DNA from: Phoronis australis
Lineage: Eukaryota > Animalia > Phoronida
Length of the DNA: 64,000 nucleotides
Direction of reading: 5' to 3'
Assembly: GCA_002633005.1 (NCBI GenBank)
Contig: NMRA01000031.1
Location: forward strand, 963,004-1,027,003
Positions 1 to 13,300 of the stretch are shown piece after piece. The position numbers and the translations under genes are program-made. The number at the start of each line of letters is the position of its first letter. The stretch's first letter is position 1. The notes below the pieces were generated by a model, which searched no databases, had not been told where the DNA came from, and saw only the letters and a list, made by a program, of their open reading frames with translations.

Positions 1-616
1 GTATTTTCATAGGTCTTCAGGTGTATACTTTGTGTTACTTCGTGACTGTGAAGGAAAAGTTCCAAGTAGAAATTTGTTTCTGGCATTCTAATGCTGTGCT
101 AATCTCGTATGTTGGTAAATTTGTTTTTAATTCTATGTTTCTGTGGTGTTTTAAGCAACTGAGGTATAGGATGTGCTTGTATTATGAAGATTACTCACAT
201 TTTGCCCCTAGCCCATTGAGGAGACAATGACCATGCCTTTCCATTTTGCAAAGTATGCCCTCTACTGGCCACTTTATGGTACCAATAAACAACCCTAGAA
301 GGATACCGTATGCGGTGCAATTGTGGGCGCATTTCAACGCTCCGCGTTGCTCTTGTTAATACTTCTGTCTTCTTGTTTTTTCTTACCGGTACCGCATTTT
401 TGCCAATATCAGTTTTCTGGTTAGCGGACTACTCCTCGAATAAGATAATTCGACATGCACTGGGCGATAAGCAATGTTTTAAAAGCTATGGACATCTAAT
501 TTGGTCATTGTGTGTTGTTTCTATTTGTTTTAGCATAACTTAGTTGTATATTAAAAGAATAATCCATATTGTAGGTACCCACTATTACTAAGTTGGCTGT
601 AACCATTATACTGTAG

Positions 617-731
617 GTACCCACTGTTGCTAAGTCGGCTGTACAAGTCTACTCCTGCTCATCACAAAGATAAGGAACCTGTGAAGGAGTCTCTACACAA
701 GATTGAACACATCCTGGAACATATCAACAGT
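617..731 (+). CDS. RhoGEF exon, end of DH domain
   Basis: ctgtag|G TAC CCA CTG TTG CTA ... AAC AGT|gtaagt. Confidence 0.85.
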
Positions 732-3700
732 GTAAGTGGTCATTTGGGAAATTAAAGCTGCCATCAACCCGTTTTCTAACAGAAACACTTAAAAAAAAAA
801 ATTTTTGCAGGCGGACTGATACACGTTGTATCAGACGTGCGCAGGCCTCGCATGTGGGCCCATTACACTGATCACCTGGAACTATTTTTAAGCTTTATTG
901 ATATATGGTTAAAACCGAGCTGAGGAGCTAGAAACCTGACTCAAGGGTTTAGCAGTGTGACCTGGTGGGACTCGAACCCACAACCTCGATTAAAGAAAGC
1001 GGGCACTTATCAACCAGTCCGCACTGCCTCCTCTATTCAGAAATGCTTGCTTTTTGCTTACATTAATTAGTGTGCTGTTCTCAAGTTGTTCGGAAATAAC
1101 AAAGCTGGTTATTTCCATGCTCAGGAATAAGTTCTAATTTGAGTCGTTATCAGTTTTATTGTGATATGTGATCTGAATCGAAAAACGGGCATAAAGTTGG
1201 ATTTACAGCAGATCTTTCTCTGAATAACATGATGAAAGTTGTGTATACTGTCATTTGTAATAACTGATTAAGCGACATCTAGTGACTATACAGAGAAATC
1301 TCACCAATTTCAGACAAAAATAACGCCAACCGTGGTCGCAAAAATTGTTAGAGCCACAATGGAGAACGCGAGCATGAGTTCAGTTGAAAACTTAATTTGT
1401 TTCTTACTTGCAGTTGCTCGGTTCAACTGTAACATACAAAAAACGTTCTATAAGACAATTGAACAATACGTTGATCGTTTACAAAGTTACAATACTAATA
1501 TTAAACATTGCATAACTTATTCGGACAACATCAAACTACTTGAGGCAACGCTAATTAAAGTTACAATTATGTTGAAGTTCTGACTATACAACAAAACTTA
1601 AGTACAAAATACTTACACCAATTTGCGGCATAAATCAAGACTAAACTCAGAATATACTAAACTCAAGGTACATGTAAGGACGTTGAAGTACGAATGAGCT
1701 AAATTGGCACGCGTTACAGCTATAAACCATGGTCTGCCAAACAGTCTTACATATGCAAAATTCTATTGAAGAATTAATCACCTGAAAAAATATAAGGTAG
1801 AAACTGGAGAGCAAATAGATAAACCACCAACAGATGGCGAATACAGTCAGACTACTAACGCAAGAGTGCGTCGGCACTTACAGCCAACAATGCACTATCT
1901 TCTTTTTTCAAATGCTTCTAACATTGTTTTGAATAGTTTTTTCAATATGGTGTCTGTTGGTAACTGACATACAGAACTTAAATATGGAGAAGCATCGTTA
2001 TAGAGAATCGTTATCTTGTTTATTTTTCTAGAAAACTGGAGGCTCAGCTGGTCTGAGGGTGAAACAGAGATTGTCAAAGAAAAGTAAAGATGTGGAAAAT
2101 CTGGAGATAGTCAAGGTGTGTAGTGTACCTGTAGTGTACCTTCATAGTTTACCTGTACATTGTACCTGTAGTGTACCTGTACATTTAACCTTAACAGTGT
2201 ACCTGATAGAATGTCCCTGTGCAGTGGGCCACTGCAGTGCGCCGGTGTAGCTGTACAGTGCGCCAGTACAGTGCGCCAGTACAGTGCGCCTGTACAGTGC
2301 GCCTGTGCTGGACTTGTTGAGATGCAACTAAGGGCCACAAATTCAGCTGTCTGCCTCAAGTGAATTATAACTCAGCTCATTGGCCAATGTAAGTTGCCAG
2401 TACAGTGAATGGCAAAAAATTCATTAATTTAGACAGGTGACTTTACGTTACTCATAGTGTAAGGGAGTCAGTGACGTGAACATTTATTCTACTATTCTTT
2501 AAAGTTACTAAATAGTAATCATCAATGTAGTACCCACAATTTCAATAAGCTGGTAATTAATATTCAATGGCTGCTATCGCCGATAGCTCACCTTGCGCAC
2601 ATCAGAAGCAAGAATTTACGTTCACCAAGTACAAGAAATCCAACAAGTGAGACTTCACCTCACTGCTCGCCATGCAAAGACAAAAAACATTTTTCAGTAA
2701 TTATTTTCGATATTTCTGTTATGGAACTACAATTTTTGGAAGTTTTTGCCATGAAATATGTACAGATGCATGATATCTAGAACACACATACACCAAACAT
2801 GCAGCTCATAAAAACTTAGGACAATCAGTTCATATTACTCCCAGTTGAAAATGCAAGGCGGTCACCGTACCGGGTGAGAGCCCCCCCACCCGGCCAGACC
2901 AGGCAAAGGATTGCATCATAGTAACGTGTAAAAAATACCTCCAATATCTTTTGTTTGTGAGCATACACCATTCTATCTTTCTTAGTCACTAAGAGATTGC
3001 CTTGGATTTTGTCGTCCCCCAAAGATCAGTTCAAACCTTGCGATTACATTCTCGCCACGTTTCCGGAATAAGAAACGCTCCCCCATTTTTGTGCACCAAG
3101 GCAAATGGCCCGAAGCAATGTCACGGTGTGCGCTTGCGTTTGGTGAAGCACGTCTGGTACGTAAAAGCAACTATTTTGCGGGTAACAAAATGATGATTAA
3201 AGTTGGGATTTTACTCCGTGTGTTGAAATGATGAATAAAATAGCGATAATAATGACGATTGAAAGGTACATGTAAACAGGCCTTTTGTCTCGGAGGAAAT
3301 CTCTTGTCAGGGAAAGCGAAATCCAGGTAATAAACAAACTGCTGTCAAACAAGACTTAGTTATATTTGGTGTGACATTAATCGACAGTTTCTCTTGGAAC
3401 CCATAGGTGGCGTTAGATGCTCTTAACTGGAACAGACAGGAATCTCAGGTCATTATTAGTGGTCCAGTCAGAGTGTGTCAGCCAAGTGATAGTACATGGG
3501 TGAAGAAGGTGAAGCAGATGAAGTGGGCTCACCTTCATGGTCTACTGGTCACTCTTGGAAAGGTAAGATGTGGTCAGAAATATTGACCTCCCATCTCATT
3601 TTTACATAGCCTTTCCATCTGAACTGACGTCCTGGGCAGAAATATTGACCTCCCATCTCATTTTTATATAGCCTTTCCATCTGAACTGACGTCAGAAGTT

Positions 3701-5036
3701 TATATCAAATGAAATTAATGAAAATGCAACCTGAAAGTAAACCAGATTAAATTGAAAATTGCTCCCAATCTCAGAGATAAAATCCCCGCCATTTCTCTTC
3801 CATTGACTTCACTTCGCGTTGTCCTTGAAACATTAGTATTGCAACTCACTAACGTTCCCAAAGTAAATCACCTGATGTGCTTATTTCCAGCCGGACTATT
3901 ACGATGTAAGCAAACAGATGTTGGTATTCCCCAAATCCAGCCGACTGCAGCAGGGTGCTTTAGTGTTTGTGAAAGAAAAGGCAGGAAAGTTCACACTATT
4001 TAAGGTATGTATGTTTATGTCTGCGACTTACAAATATTGTGTTGAATTGAGTCTGGACTCCATTTTGATGTAGAGTAATTTTCAGAAACAAAATTGATGT
4101 TCGTCTCGTCGAAAATTGGCGAAATTTCATTTAACAATTTTCTGCCCATTTTCAAATGACTTTCAGAGTTAGTGTTCTTTTTGTCTAACTTCCTATTGGG
4201 TTTTCAACATAACTTCAACTGAGTCAGGTTAATTTCGACAAAATTCAACAACTTTTTGCAATACTTGTGATTTTGCTTGCGTTTTTTGATAAATGAAACG
4301 CATAAATTACTTTTAGCTGTGTTGTTACCTTCAGTGTGATATAGTTGAGGCTGACCAGTGAATCGCTGGCCGATTATTAAGATAGTTAATAACAACACAA
4401 AACATAACAATAATTGTGATGTAAGTGATGATATAGCTTTATTCACAACAAGTGATCGGAGGGGGTATAAAGGTATTGTTAATACAACTATGTTGAAAAA
4501 TTAAATAAAGCAAATTAAAAATACATTTTTAAGTATAGAGCAAGAAGTCGACATTGGAAACTTCATAGTGAAATTTAATCAAATTTGCTGTGGTATCTTC
4601 ACATTGAAGCAATCAATGAATTCCATTCAGTCTAGGGTGTAGTAATGTTTGCTTTGGAACTCTAACTTGCTGTATTAAAGAACCAGAACAAACACTTCCT
4701 GCACAAAACATAAACCAAAAGATGGCACTGCCGGGACTTTGAAGGAGTGGAAAGCTGCTCTACTGCCACTAAGCAATCAAATTTTATTTCATTTCCAATT
4801 TCTTCTAGGAGCCAGTGTTTCTGGATAAGAGTTTGGTGTCGCTTAATACGGATTACTCTGAAGCATTTGAGCTTCTTTCTGTTGGTGACGACCTGTCTGT
4901 GATACGGTGCGAAGAGCAAGCTGAGACAGATGTGTGGTTTAGTCATCTCAAGCACATCTCTTTGAGTCTCGGTCGATGGAAACAAAGACGATCAGCACTA
5001 GCTAACATCATGATGAAGAATAAAATACATTCCTAG
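617..5036 (+). CDS. 3' part of a DH-PH Rho guanine nucleotide exchange factor gene; join(617-731,2032-2115,3407-3562,3891-4004,4809-5036)
   Basis: Five AG/GT-bounded exons join in frame. The first encodes (R/K)YPLLLSRLYKSTPAHHKDKEPVKESLHKIEHILEHINS, the typical DH-domain C-terminus (YPLLL...TP..H.D...IN). Later exons are PH-like and end at TAG 5034-5036. The 5' part lies outside the window. Confidence 0.85.
920..1030 (-). mobile_element. tRNA-derived SINE head
   Basis: Minus strand reads gaggcagtgcggactggttgataagtg...gttgtgGGTTCGAGTCCcaccaggtcac, with A-box-like and B-box motifs but no convincing acceptor stem. Confidence 0.6.
2032..2115 (+). CDS. RhoGEF exon, DH-PH linker KTGGSAGLRVKQRLSKKSKDVENLEIVK
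   Basis: tttttctag acceptor, gtgtgt donor, 84 nt, phase 0-0, open frame. Confidence 0.75.
2118..2308. repeat. Degenerate minisatellite (gtagtgtacct and gtacagtgcgcca units)
   Basis: Visible short-period repeats directly after the RhoGEF donor. Confidence 0.7.
3407..3562 (+). CDS. RhoGEF exon, PH-like (VALDALNWNRQESQVIISGPVRV...LLVTLGK)
   Basis: ccatag acceptor, gtaaga donor, 156 nt, phase 0-0. Confidence 0.8.
3575..3693. repeat. Tandem duplication of about 57 bp
   Basis: cagaaatattgacctcccatctcattttta(c/t)atagcctttccatctgaactgacgtc occurs twice. Confidence 0.9.
3891..4004 (+). CDS. RhoGEF exon, PH-like (PDYYDVSKQMLVFPKSSRLQQGALVFVKEKAGKFTLFK)
   Basis: ttatttccag acceptor, gtatgt donor, 114 nt, phase 0-0. 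Confidence 0.8.
4809..5036 (+). CDS. RhoGEF terminal coding exon (EPVFLDKS...ETDVWFSHL...WKQRRSALANIMMKNKIHS*)
   Basis: ttcttctag acceptor, phase 0; PH-type C-terminal helix with conserved Trp; overlaps ORF 4815..5036. Confidence 0.85.
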   Translation, partial: EPVFLDKSLVSLNTDYSEAFELLSVGDDLSVIRCEEQAETDVWFSHLKHISLSLGRWKQRRSALANIMMKNKIHS

Positions 5037-5986
5037 GTACACCATTGGATGCATGTGATTGACATCACTGGTTCTATCTGGGTTAGTCGGCTAAGACATC
5101 TGATTGGAAGTCGTTATGGAAAACTAATCAGAGCTCTTACCCAGTTGTCTTATTGGCAGAACTGGTGAAGTCAATCAAGTGTATCCGTTGTGTCAACCCT
5201 GTGGTGCAGCTTCCGTTGGAGAAATGTGAATCTGTGGACAAGAGTAATAATAAGAATTATTTGTGATACAATGGATGAACCACTTTCATTTTCTACCAAA
5301 TTCTTGCAACATTTGGTTAGTCACCACTTATTTAACACAATAATGAAAATGGTCATTGTCCATTGCTCAAAGTCTGATTGGTGTGAGTGATGGCTACTTT
5401 ACCAAATGTTTACGGCATCTACTCCCTACAAATTATGAAGGTAATAGACTGGAGGAATGTCTTCAATCTTTATTTTTGTGGTGAAATTTGGCAGGGTGGA
5501 ATTTCACTTGTTGGTTGTATTGTGTGCTGTATAATGAAGAATTACTTCATTTATGTTCCTGAGCACTTATTTCTGTGCTTCAGGATGGTTGATATCTTTC
5601 TTAAGCCATTGACTTTGCATTGCATTGCCAACATGTTTGAGTTGAGATTGTTGAGGAATGTTCAAGTTTCTAGTCATAATAATTATGCCAAATGTAAATA
5701 TTAGTTTTATTTATTGTATGTGTAATTGACATCTTGCCTTTTGAAATGTTATCTCAGACATGTGCAGATATTCGTCACCCCAGATGACTGTTGCAAAATG
5801 CATGTATTACCACCTGTGTGACTTGCAACTGATCTTTTTAATGTTGGAGCTCTACCGATTTAACTGTATTATTCTGTAAATTGTCTGTTAAATGTATTGT
5901 TATGTAAACTGGCTATTTTCTTAAAAAATACAAAATAATTTATTGGTTAGCTCGAGGTTGATTCTCTCGTTTCTGGTAGCTTCAGC

Positions 5987-6056
5987 ATGAGCGGCGCACC
6001 GTAGGGGGCAGGGGAGCAGCTATAGCGCCTCTTTTTTCAGTGCTGCGCTGCCCATG
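5987..6056. mobile_element. Short MITE remnant with CATGRGCGGCGC...GCCCATG ends
   Basis: Short terminal inverted repeats; related copies at about 12722-12796 and 52043-52183. Confidence 0.55.
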
Positions 6057-6855
6057 TTCAGGGGAATTGGAGGTTGGCAGTACTGGGTTCCCGAATGGGG
6101 TGCCCTCTGGTGGTGGAGTGAATAAACCTGGAATTGTAGTTGGGAATGGGGCAGTTGGCGGGAACAGAATGTGTGATAAAGAATGAGATGATGACAGCTG
6201 AATTGAGAATTAGGTTGTGAAGAGAAAAGGGTGGTGTTATTAAAAATAGTCACGAGGACAACTAGTGGTAGGGGGTAGATGTGGTGGTTCTAAGTTATAG
6301 AAATCAGGTGCACAGTTTGGGACATTGAGGCTGTTCGGAGAATATGCAAGTCAAATCAACCTTTTATATATTTATGGAACCAATTGTTTGTGGTAGATTT
6401 TATGGAAATGAACCATTTAATGGAAAATTGCTCCAAGTGGCCGGGCCTGTTCTAATTTAAAAGCGGGTTCTTTCGTGCTTTTCCTTTCGTTTCCTGTGAG
6501 TGTATTGCAGTTTTCCGAAAGCAAATAGTACTTCAAAGGTATGTCTTGGACAGCTGTTTTATAGTTAAAGTGATATTTCTCCGTTGTAGCCGTCATTGTT
6601 GAACTTTGAACCGAGGAGTTCTGGGGTTTAAAATATCGCGTTCACATATAGGATGCTGAATTTTAGTGCCCAATGCTTCGCCATCTCAAGTCGCTGAGTA
6701 TATGCTCCATTTTCGAATTAGCAATTTTAGGGTTGATCAACCTCAAAAAACTGAAACATTTTCTTGAGTCGCTGATTATTTAATGTTCTTGTTGGTAAGG
6801 GAAATCGAATTCTGTCAGGGTAAGGAATGGTATGTGACAGATTTTATCAGCTTAA

Positions 6856-7539
6856 AGGTATGTAGGGCCTTAGAAAAATGCCCAAATTTGACCAACTTCG
6901 GAATATATCTCAGACTTGAATGATTGATCGGATTCAAATGAAGCTTTCAGATACTATGCTCTAAACATTTTACTCTAATACGATGTGAGGTATTGTTTTA
7001 AAACCAGCAGCTATCAAAAAGGACTTGTGTGGGATTTTCATGAAAAAAACAAAAATTGCATATATAAAAAGAAATGGAAATGATAATTTAGAAAACTGTA
7101 GCAGCGTTTTTGAGATTTCATTTTTGAACATGTATATCAATCAAAATTTGGTCATGTCGTTTGATGCTATTGCAGTGCTGTAGTGGGGCGTACGCGCACG
7201 TAGGCGCAGTCAACCACCTTTTGGTATTTGGTCTTAGCGCCTACGCACCGTAAGTTACGTTCAGTGCTCAAGGTGATACGGTGGGCTTTGGGCGCCTACT
7301 TACCTCTAATTTTACCACTACAGCACTGTGCTATTGATGTGTCTTTCATATTTGCTTAAGTTCATTAAAACCCATGTTGACATGGCCGAATCAATGGCAG
7401 ATAATTGTGAAACCAAACCTCAAAAATTCTTCATGCTTACTATACTTTCGGAAACTTTTACTGTCACCAAGTTAAACATTATAATGTCGTAGATATTTAG
7501 CATTCAGCACAGGCTTGTAGATAAGGTCCTACATAACCT
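6856..7539. mobile_element. Non-autonomous DNA transposon, Kolobok-like ends
   Basis: Left TTAA|AGGTATGTAGGGCCTTA and right TAAGGTCCTACATAACCT form an imperfect TIR; the right TTAA is not preserved. Confidence 0.55.
7173..7328. mobile_element. hAT-type MITE nested in the previous element
   Basis: Perfect 14-bp TIR CAGTGCTGTAGTGG/CCACTACAGCACTG and perfect 8-bp TSD TGCTATTG (7165-7172, 7329-7336). Confidence 0.9.
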
Positions 7540-8393
7540 TGGGTGACTTAATACAAACTTCGGGGAAATGCGGTTTTAATAAAAAAATGTTTGCTTACAT
7601 CTCAGCAGTGTAGGGAATATCGACTCTGCTGACATCGCGCCGGAAATTTCCCATTGTGAATAAGTCAGGATCGCTGGCAATACAACACTGCAGCTACTGC
7701 GGGAGTGCTAAAAATATCGCAGTTATCGAGCTCACTATGAAAAATCACAAAACCTAAGGCGAAGAACATATTTTCTGAAATATCAAAATTTTTTTAATAA
7801 GTAGTTGATATTACGTAGCTGTCAACTCGAAACTGACGAATTAAACATTGTCAATCAGTGCCCATAACGTGTTTTAAGCTTAAAAAGATACCAAACTCGG
7901 TTTTGGCCTATTAGCAGATAGTAAAAACGACTTTCCCCATCCAGTTCCGAAATAAAATAATGCTCCGTAAACCTCTACCAGCACTCAAAAGTTTGACGGA
8001 AAAATTGAAAACTCCTTTTCTGCTATAGGCGAAGTACGTGCTCGGCAACTGTGTGAACAGGCTAAACACTAAGGACCATAATATTCAATCTGTGACATAG
8101 CGAGTATGATTTTTTGTCGATTCCTGCCTTTAACTGGTAAGGTTGGTGTCAATGATGCATTAGCAAGAGACAGAACGAGGATTGGTTGAAATCATTTAAA
8201 CAGGGTTTAGTATCCTTTTAAATGCTGATCAATTTGATGAAATAAAAAGAAAAACGTGTAATAGTAGACAGACGCCCATCGATGATATAGTACCGTCGAT
8301 TATTTTCCAGCTAATAATTTAAAACCGTCTACTATAACACCCATACTTATTGATCATGGGGCACTTGCATTTTAATCCAATTGTAAGAGTTTT

Positions 8394-8464
8394 ATGTTGT
8401 GTCCTGTGACTGAGTGTGGTACTAATTCATGTTGTGTCCTGTGACTGAGTGTGGTACTAATTCA
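8394..8464. repeat. 35-bp tandem duplication
   Basis: atgttgtgtcctgtgactgagtgtggtactaattc occurs twice. Confidence 0.9.
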
Positions 8465-10179
8465 ACTGAGGAACATAGAAGACATACAAACTTTGAGTCG
8501 GAGCTCAATCCCACGATAACTTTTCGTATTTAGCTGCCAGGGTTTTGCAATGCGTGCAGTACATGTAGGTATTCTGCTAATTTCACAGGCGCGGGGTCAC
8601 CTGGCGGGGCCCCGAAGATGTCGGATCTGAAATCAACGTCACAAATTTAACTGCCAGTCCACAGCGCACTGATTCAAAAAATTTCGATTGAAATTGATTT
8701 CGGTCGAGAGCTAGTCTCTCACTGCTTCATTGTCTATGTTGTGTTTGGTGTGTAACTAGCTATCCACATCTCCAGTACGTGATGCGACTGAGTTTTACCA
8801 TGAAAACTAAAAATGCGACACATTAGTCTACTGAGTGCTCGCCAATTCCTAGGGTACGCCTCATCGCCGGGGGAAAAATAATTTGGGCCAAATCATACCC
8901 AATCCAGTATTACCCCGGGCCAGCACATGTCATCATTCACTATACCAGAGTATTATGCAGACCTAAACTGACTCAGAAATAGTCAACTCTCATCCTATAA
9001 TATGCCTTAATAATCTGAACCGCATCCGACATTATAAATCAATATGGTGAAAGAACGACCCTGGCAAGTCCACTATACCAGAAAATTACGAAAATTGAAA
9101 AATCCACGCCGTGTGAGGGATACTTCCACCCTCCGACTGATGCAGTGTTTCGACTCGGCTAGTGATTATGTATAGACATGCAAGCAAACTGCCCGGGCTT
9201 TGTCCCGTTTATTTCGCCGGGTTACGGCTGACAAATGACTCGAAGTAGGCTTAGATAAAAACGAAAACCAAACGTATTCGAACTCCCCACTTTTAGAACC
9301 AGAGTCGAGTTGAAAGTATTAAGTACGACAGCGTCGCTCCGCCTAACACGCGTCCATGAATACCAAGGTATATGGGCGGGTAATGGTTTGTCATGGGCCG
9401 GGATTCTTTTGAAGTGAGGACGGATCTTACACCTTGGTCCCACCCTCACATCCAATCAATGACCTCAATTATTCAACCTTATTCGAACTCCGAATGCGCA
9501 TGCGTTGATTTACACTAAACTAGTTTCGCGACACCCACCATATCAATCACGCCCTCATGAGACCTCAACCTTTATTCAGTAAGTCTTCAGTCATACATCT
9601 GGTTATCCCAGGGGTGCCGTCCCGGCACGCACTTGTAATTCTTTGGAATTTTCACATTCACCGGTGTAATACCCTTGTTTATATTACTTATATTGCATTA
9701 CAAAATTACAAGCTAAACAATCAAATATCTAGTTTTCTGCGCTCGGCTTAATAAGAGCTGGGTTTGTGCAAATTGAAACACTGTACACTCCGAGTTTGAC
9801 AGGACTCGGAGAAGACTTAATATATGTTGCACTTAGCAGTAGCAAAAGGCATGACATGTTGCAAGTATCACGATACCGTTTACTCGTCTGTTCGGGCAGC
9901 TCGTAAATGGGTATCACGAAACCACTAAAAAAAATTTTCGCCACAAGTTGTTGTCAATCATTAGAAGCTGACTCACTGCCCGATAAAAACAAGTTCATGC
10001 GCTTAAAAATTACTCCTTGCATAATCTTCTTTCAAGACATATTTGTCTTCTTTAATTTTTATGTACTGTTAACTATTTGTATAAAATTGACAAATTTTAA
10101 GAAAAAAATCCTGATTTACATCAAATCAAAATGAACTGATGAGCGAACGAATTTACACGCCTCTTCCTTTGTCTTCAAC

Positions 10180-10210
10180 ATTAGGGCGGTGACTGTGCAC
10201 ATGCGTGGAG
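10180..10210 (+). promoter_or_regulatory. Putative Sp-gene proximal promoter with GC box and NRF1-like motif
   Basis: GGGCGG at about 10184 followed by TGCACATGCG, about 80 bp upstream of the ATG; a perfect TGCGCATGCG also occurs at about 9495. Confidence 0.4.
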
Positions 10211-10267
10211 TTAATACTCTGCCCCTTTTGGTAAAATTGTAATGGTTGTCGACATATTTTGATCAAA

Positions 10268-10330
10268 ATGACCTCTGTTTCGACGTCTAATCAGGCCAAA
10301 GATTACATGATGCCTGCGACATCAGCACAG
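10268..10330 (+). CDS. Sp1-4: Sp1-4 exon 1 ([21 protein letters not shown])
   Basis: aaaATG context, CAG|gtgagg donor, phase 0 into the Sp-box exon. Confidence 0.8.
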
Positions 10331-13300
10331 GTGAGGATTAAGTCGTCTTTGTTGTGATACATCGATGGTTTTTGTAAATTTTCAAGGTGTTTCCGACCAA
10401 CCTATTTCTTTGCCATGACCCCGCCTTTTGTTGTTGTTGCAGGAAACACAGCCATCCCCTTTGGCTCTGTTAGCGGCTACTTGCAGTAAAATAGGGGCAC
10501 CAGCAACGGAGGATGGAAGTGTGGCAAATCAGAACCAGGCTATCAGAGTTATTGGACAGAATCAAGTTGTTGCTGGCCCGGAAATTGTAGGTCAAAACGT
10601 GATCCAGCTCCCGGCTAACGTGCTGCTTGGTGGAAATCAGATAATGGGACAGCCCGTTTCGGGGGTTCCCTCTACTCAATTTATTCAACAGGCACCCGCG
10701 CAACTTCTCACAGCCGGTAATATAACTTACAATATTGTCCCACAATTCCAAAATGTGACTGTTGAAGGTCAAGAAGCGTTCTTCATACCTTCCAATCAAG
10801 GTTTTGTGCAAAATACGCAAGCTTACCTTACCCCTAATGGACAAATAGTACGTGCTGCCCAGAACACAGGAGTTGTGCAGAATGTCAACCTTGGCGGTGG
10901 ATTTGGGAGCAGCTTGGCTCTAGCAAACATTAATGGTAATATTGTGAATTTAGCCAATGTGCAACAAGCGCCTGTCCAGGGCATTGTGCGTTCACAAGCA
11001 ATTCAGATTCCATCGGCAACTGCACAAATTCAGCCCACTTTTATACAAATCCCAGTTTCTACAGCCAATGGGCAGACAATGCTTCAAACATTGCAGATTG
11101 GAAATATGCCCCTTCAACCTGCTCAAGTTCAACCCACCTTACAACCCAGTGAAATTGCCAACACCGTTGATGGAAGCCAGTTTCAGTTACAGCAACCGCA
11201 ACAACAGTTTAGTCAAGGTGCTCAACCAATACAGATCTTAGAAATTCCGCAAATTACACCCAAGTCTAACCAGCAGCCACTGCAGTTGAACAACTCTAGC
11301 CAGATATCTATAACTGGTCAGCAATATGGTGACAATACCTTCACACAAAATGTGCAACAGAACGTTTGTGCAAATTCGAAAGTAAACAGTCAGTCTAATC
11401 CCGTACAGAGTGTGAGAGTACGGAACAATATGGTGCAGAGTCAGCCGAGTACCGCGACCGTGTCATGTGTAGCATCCCAGGACATAGTGAATGCTGCAGT
11501 TATGAGCACCATAACCAACGACGGTGCTATTAGTACATCGCAGCCTGCTGGCAGCGCACAGCAACTGACTGGTGTACAGCCAGTCACCAGTATGTCTAAC
11601 ATGGTGCAAGTGAATGCCCAGGGGCAGATTGTGCAGCCAGGACAGTGGCTGCAGGCCGTTGAGGTACGCGGTGCTGCTGCCACCACCCCTAATCTGCAGA
11701 CTGTTCAGGTACAGGGTGTACAAGGATTCTCCAACCTATCTGGTGTGCAGGCTCTACAGGGTGCTGCAAATGTACAGTCATCGCCAGATCTTCAGTACAT
11801 TCAGGTGGGAATGCCCAACTCATCTCTGGCTGGCATTAGCCTTGGCACTCCCAGTCAAGGTGTGATCCCCACTCTTCAGGTACCTCAGATCAGCCCCCAT
11901 TCACAGATTCAACCCCTACAGACACTGACCAGCCATCAACAATCAATCGCGCAAACTGTTGGAGGGCAGATTCTGGGTGAGTGTTTAGTTTTCATACAAA
12001 AACTCCCATTTGATTTCAGCTCTAGACAACAGTCATGGTTTCTGTATTGAGGCTAGCCTTAAAGATGTATTTGCATGCTCCTAACTATGATAACGTATAG
12101 CAGGAACTAAACAACAATGCTATTTTAGCATAATCTGCGCAAAACAAAGTGCAATCATTTATTGACAACTTGTAAATGTGAAAACAAAAAATTCTGCAAA
12201 TAAGTGACCTTTGCGCCAATGAGGTACATTGTAGGCTCACATAGCAGGCATCATGCAGTGTTATTCTTCAGCATCACGTCATAATACTTACTGGACACGG
12301 TTCAGTGATTTGCGGCGAATCATTTTCGCCACAAAACTCGTTCTTAAAAACATTTGGCAATTTTCAACCTACTTCATATACACATCGTCACTATATGTTG
12401 TGTTTCTAATTAATTTAGCCAAACAATCACCATCGCCAGAAATTTGTAACACTCTTGATCCGCTACGTGACACTTATCACCACGACCAATCATAAGAACG
12501 CATATGTAGGTCAAAGGTCATAAAGCTTGGACTAGTAGAAGTGGCAACAGTGTTAGCCCCAAGCCAGTCTTGTCGCCAGACCAATACATGTCAAGATTAC
12601 AATAAATCATCCACGAGTACTCAGTAATTGAAACTTCTGGAATTTACAGTATAGCGTGCGCGTGTGAGTGATAGGTAGGTCACAGCTGTCTGTTAACTTG
12701 TACACAGAACCACGACTAGTACATGGGCGGCGCACCATAGAAGGCTGGGGAGGGGCTATAGCCCCCCTCACTTTTTTCAATGCTGAGCCGCCCATGGTCT
12801 ATGGGCGGTGCACCACAGTCACAAATACATAGCCCTAGCCAGTATAACAATTGCAAAACGTTCAATCGTGAAACAAATCATTGCTGTGTTCACGGGTACA
12901 ATTTGTGAGGCACAAAAACGAAACAACTTTTTGAAGACAACCTTATCTTCTGACAGGCAAAAAATATGGAAATCTTTTTAAATTCCAACTTTTTTTCCAA
13001 CTTTGAAAGTATTCCTAAGATCATCCCAGATGGGAAAGTGGGCAAAACACGATGTTTCTTACCGATAGTGAGCTAATCTCTCCTCAACAGAGTGCAAATT
13101 CCATTGCAAGACAAGCAGGTGATCAGTAATGCTGCTTCTTGCACCACTGTGCATGGATTCATTTTCGGAACACAACCTCTGAATACTCCTGGTGGTCACC
13201 TAGGTTATCTGCAACTCGATGGCGAAATGAAATCTACCACAAACTTGACTTAAAATTTTTTTTTGCTCATGACGCTGATATTTGGCAATAACAAGTGTGA

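Noticed and set aside
955-1030. Functional tRNA gene
   Set aside because: A B box is present, but the cloverleaf and acceptor stem are not convincing; a SINE head is the better explanation.
10428-12050. 540-aa ORF as a complete single-exon protein
   Set aside because: It starts at an intronic TTG and runs past a gtgagt donor; it is exon 2 of Sp1-4.
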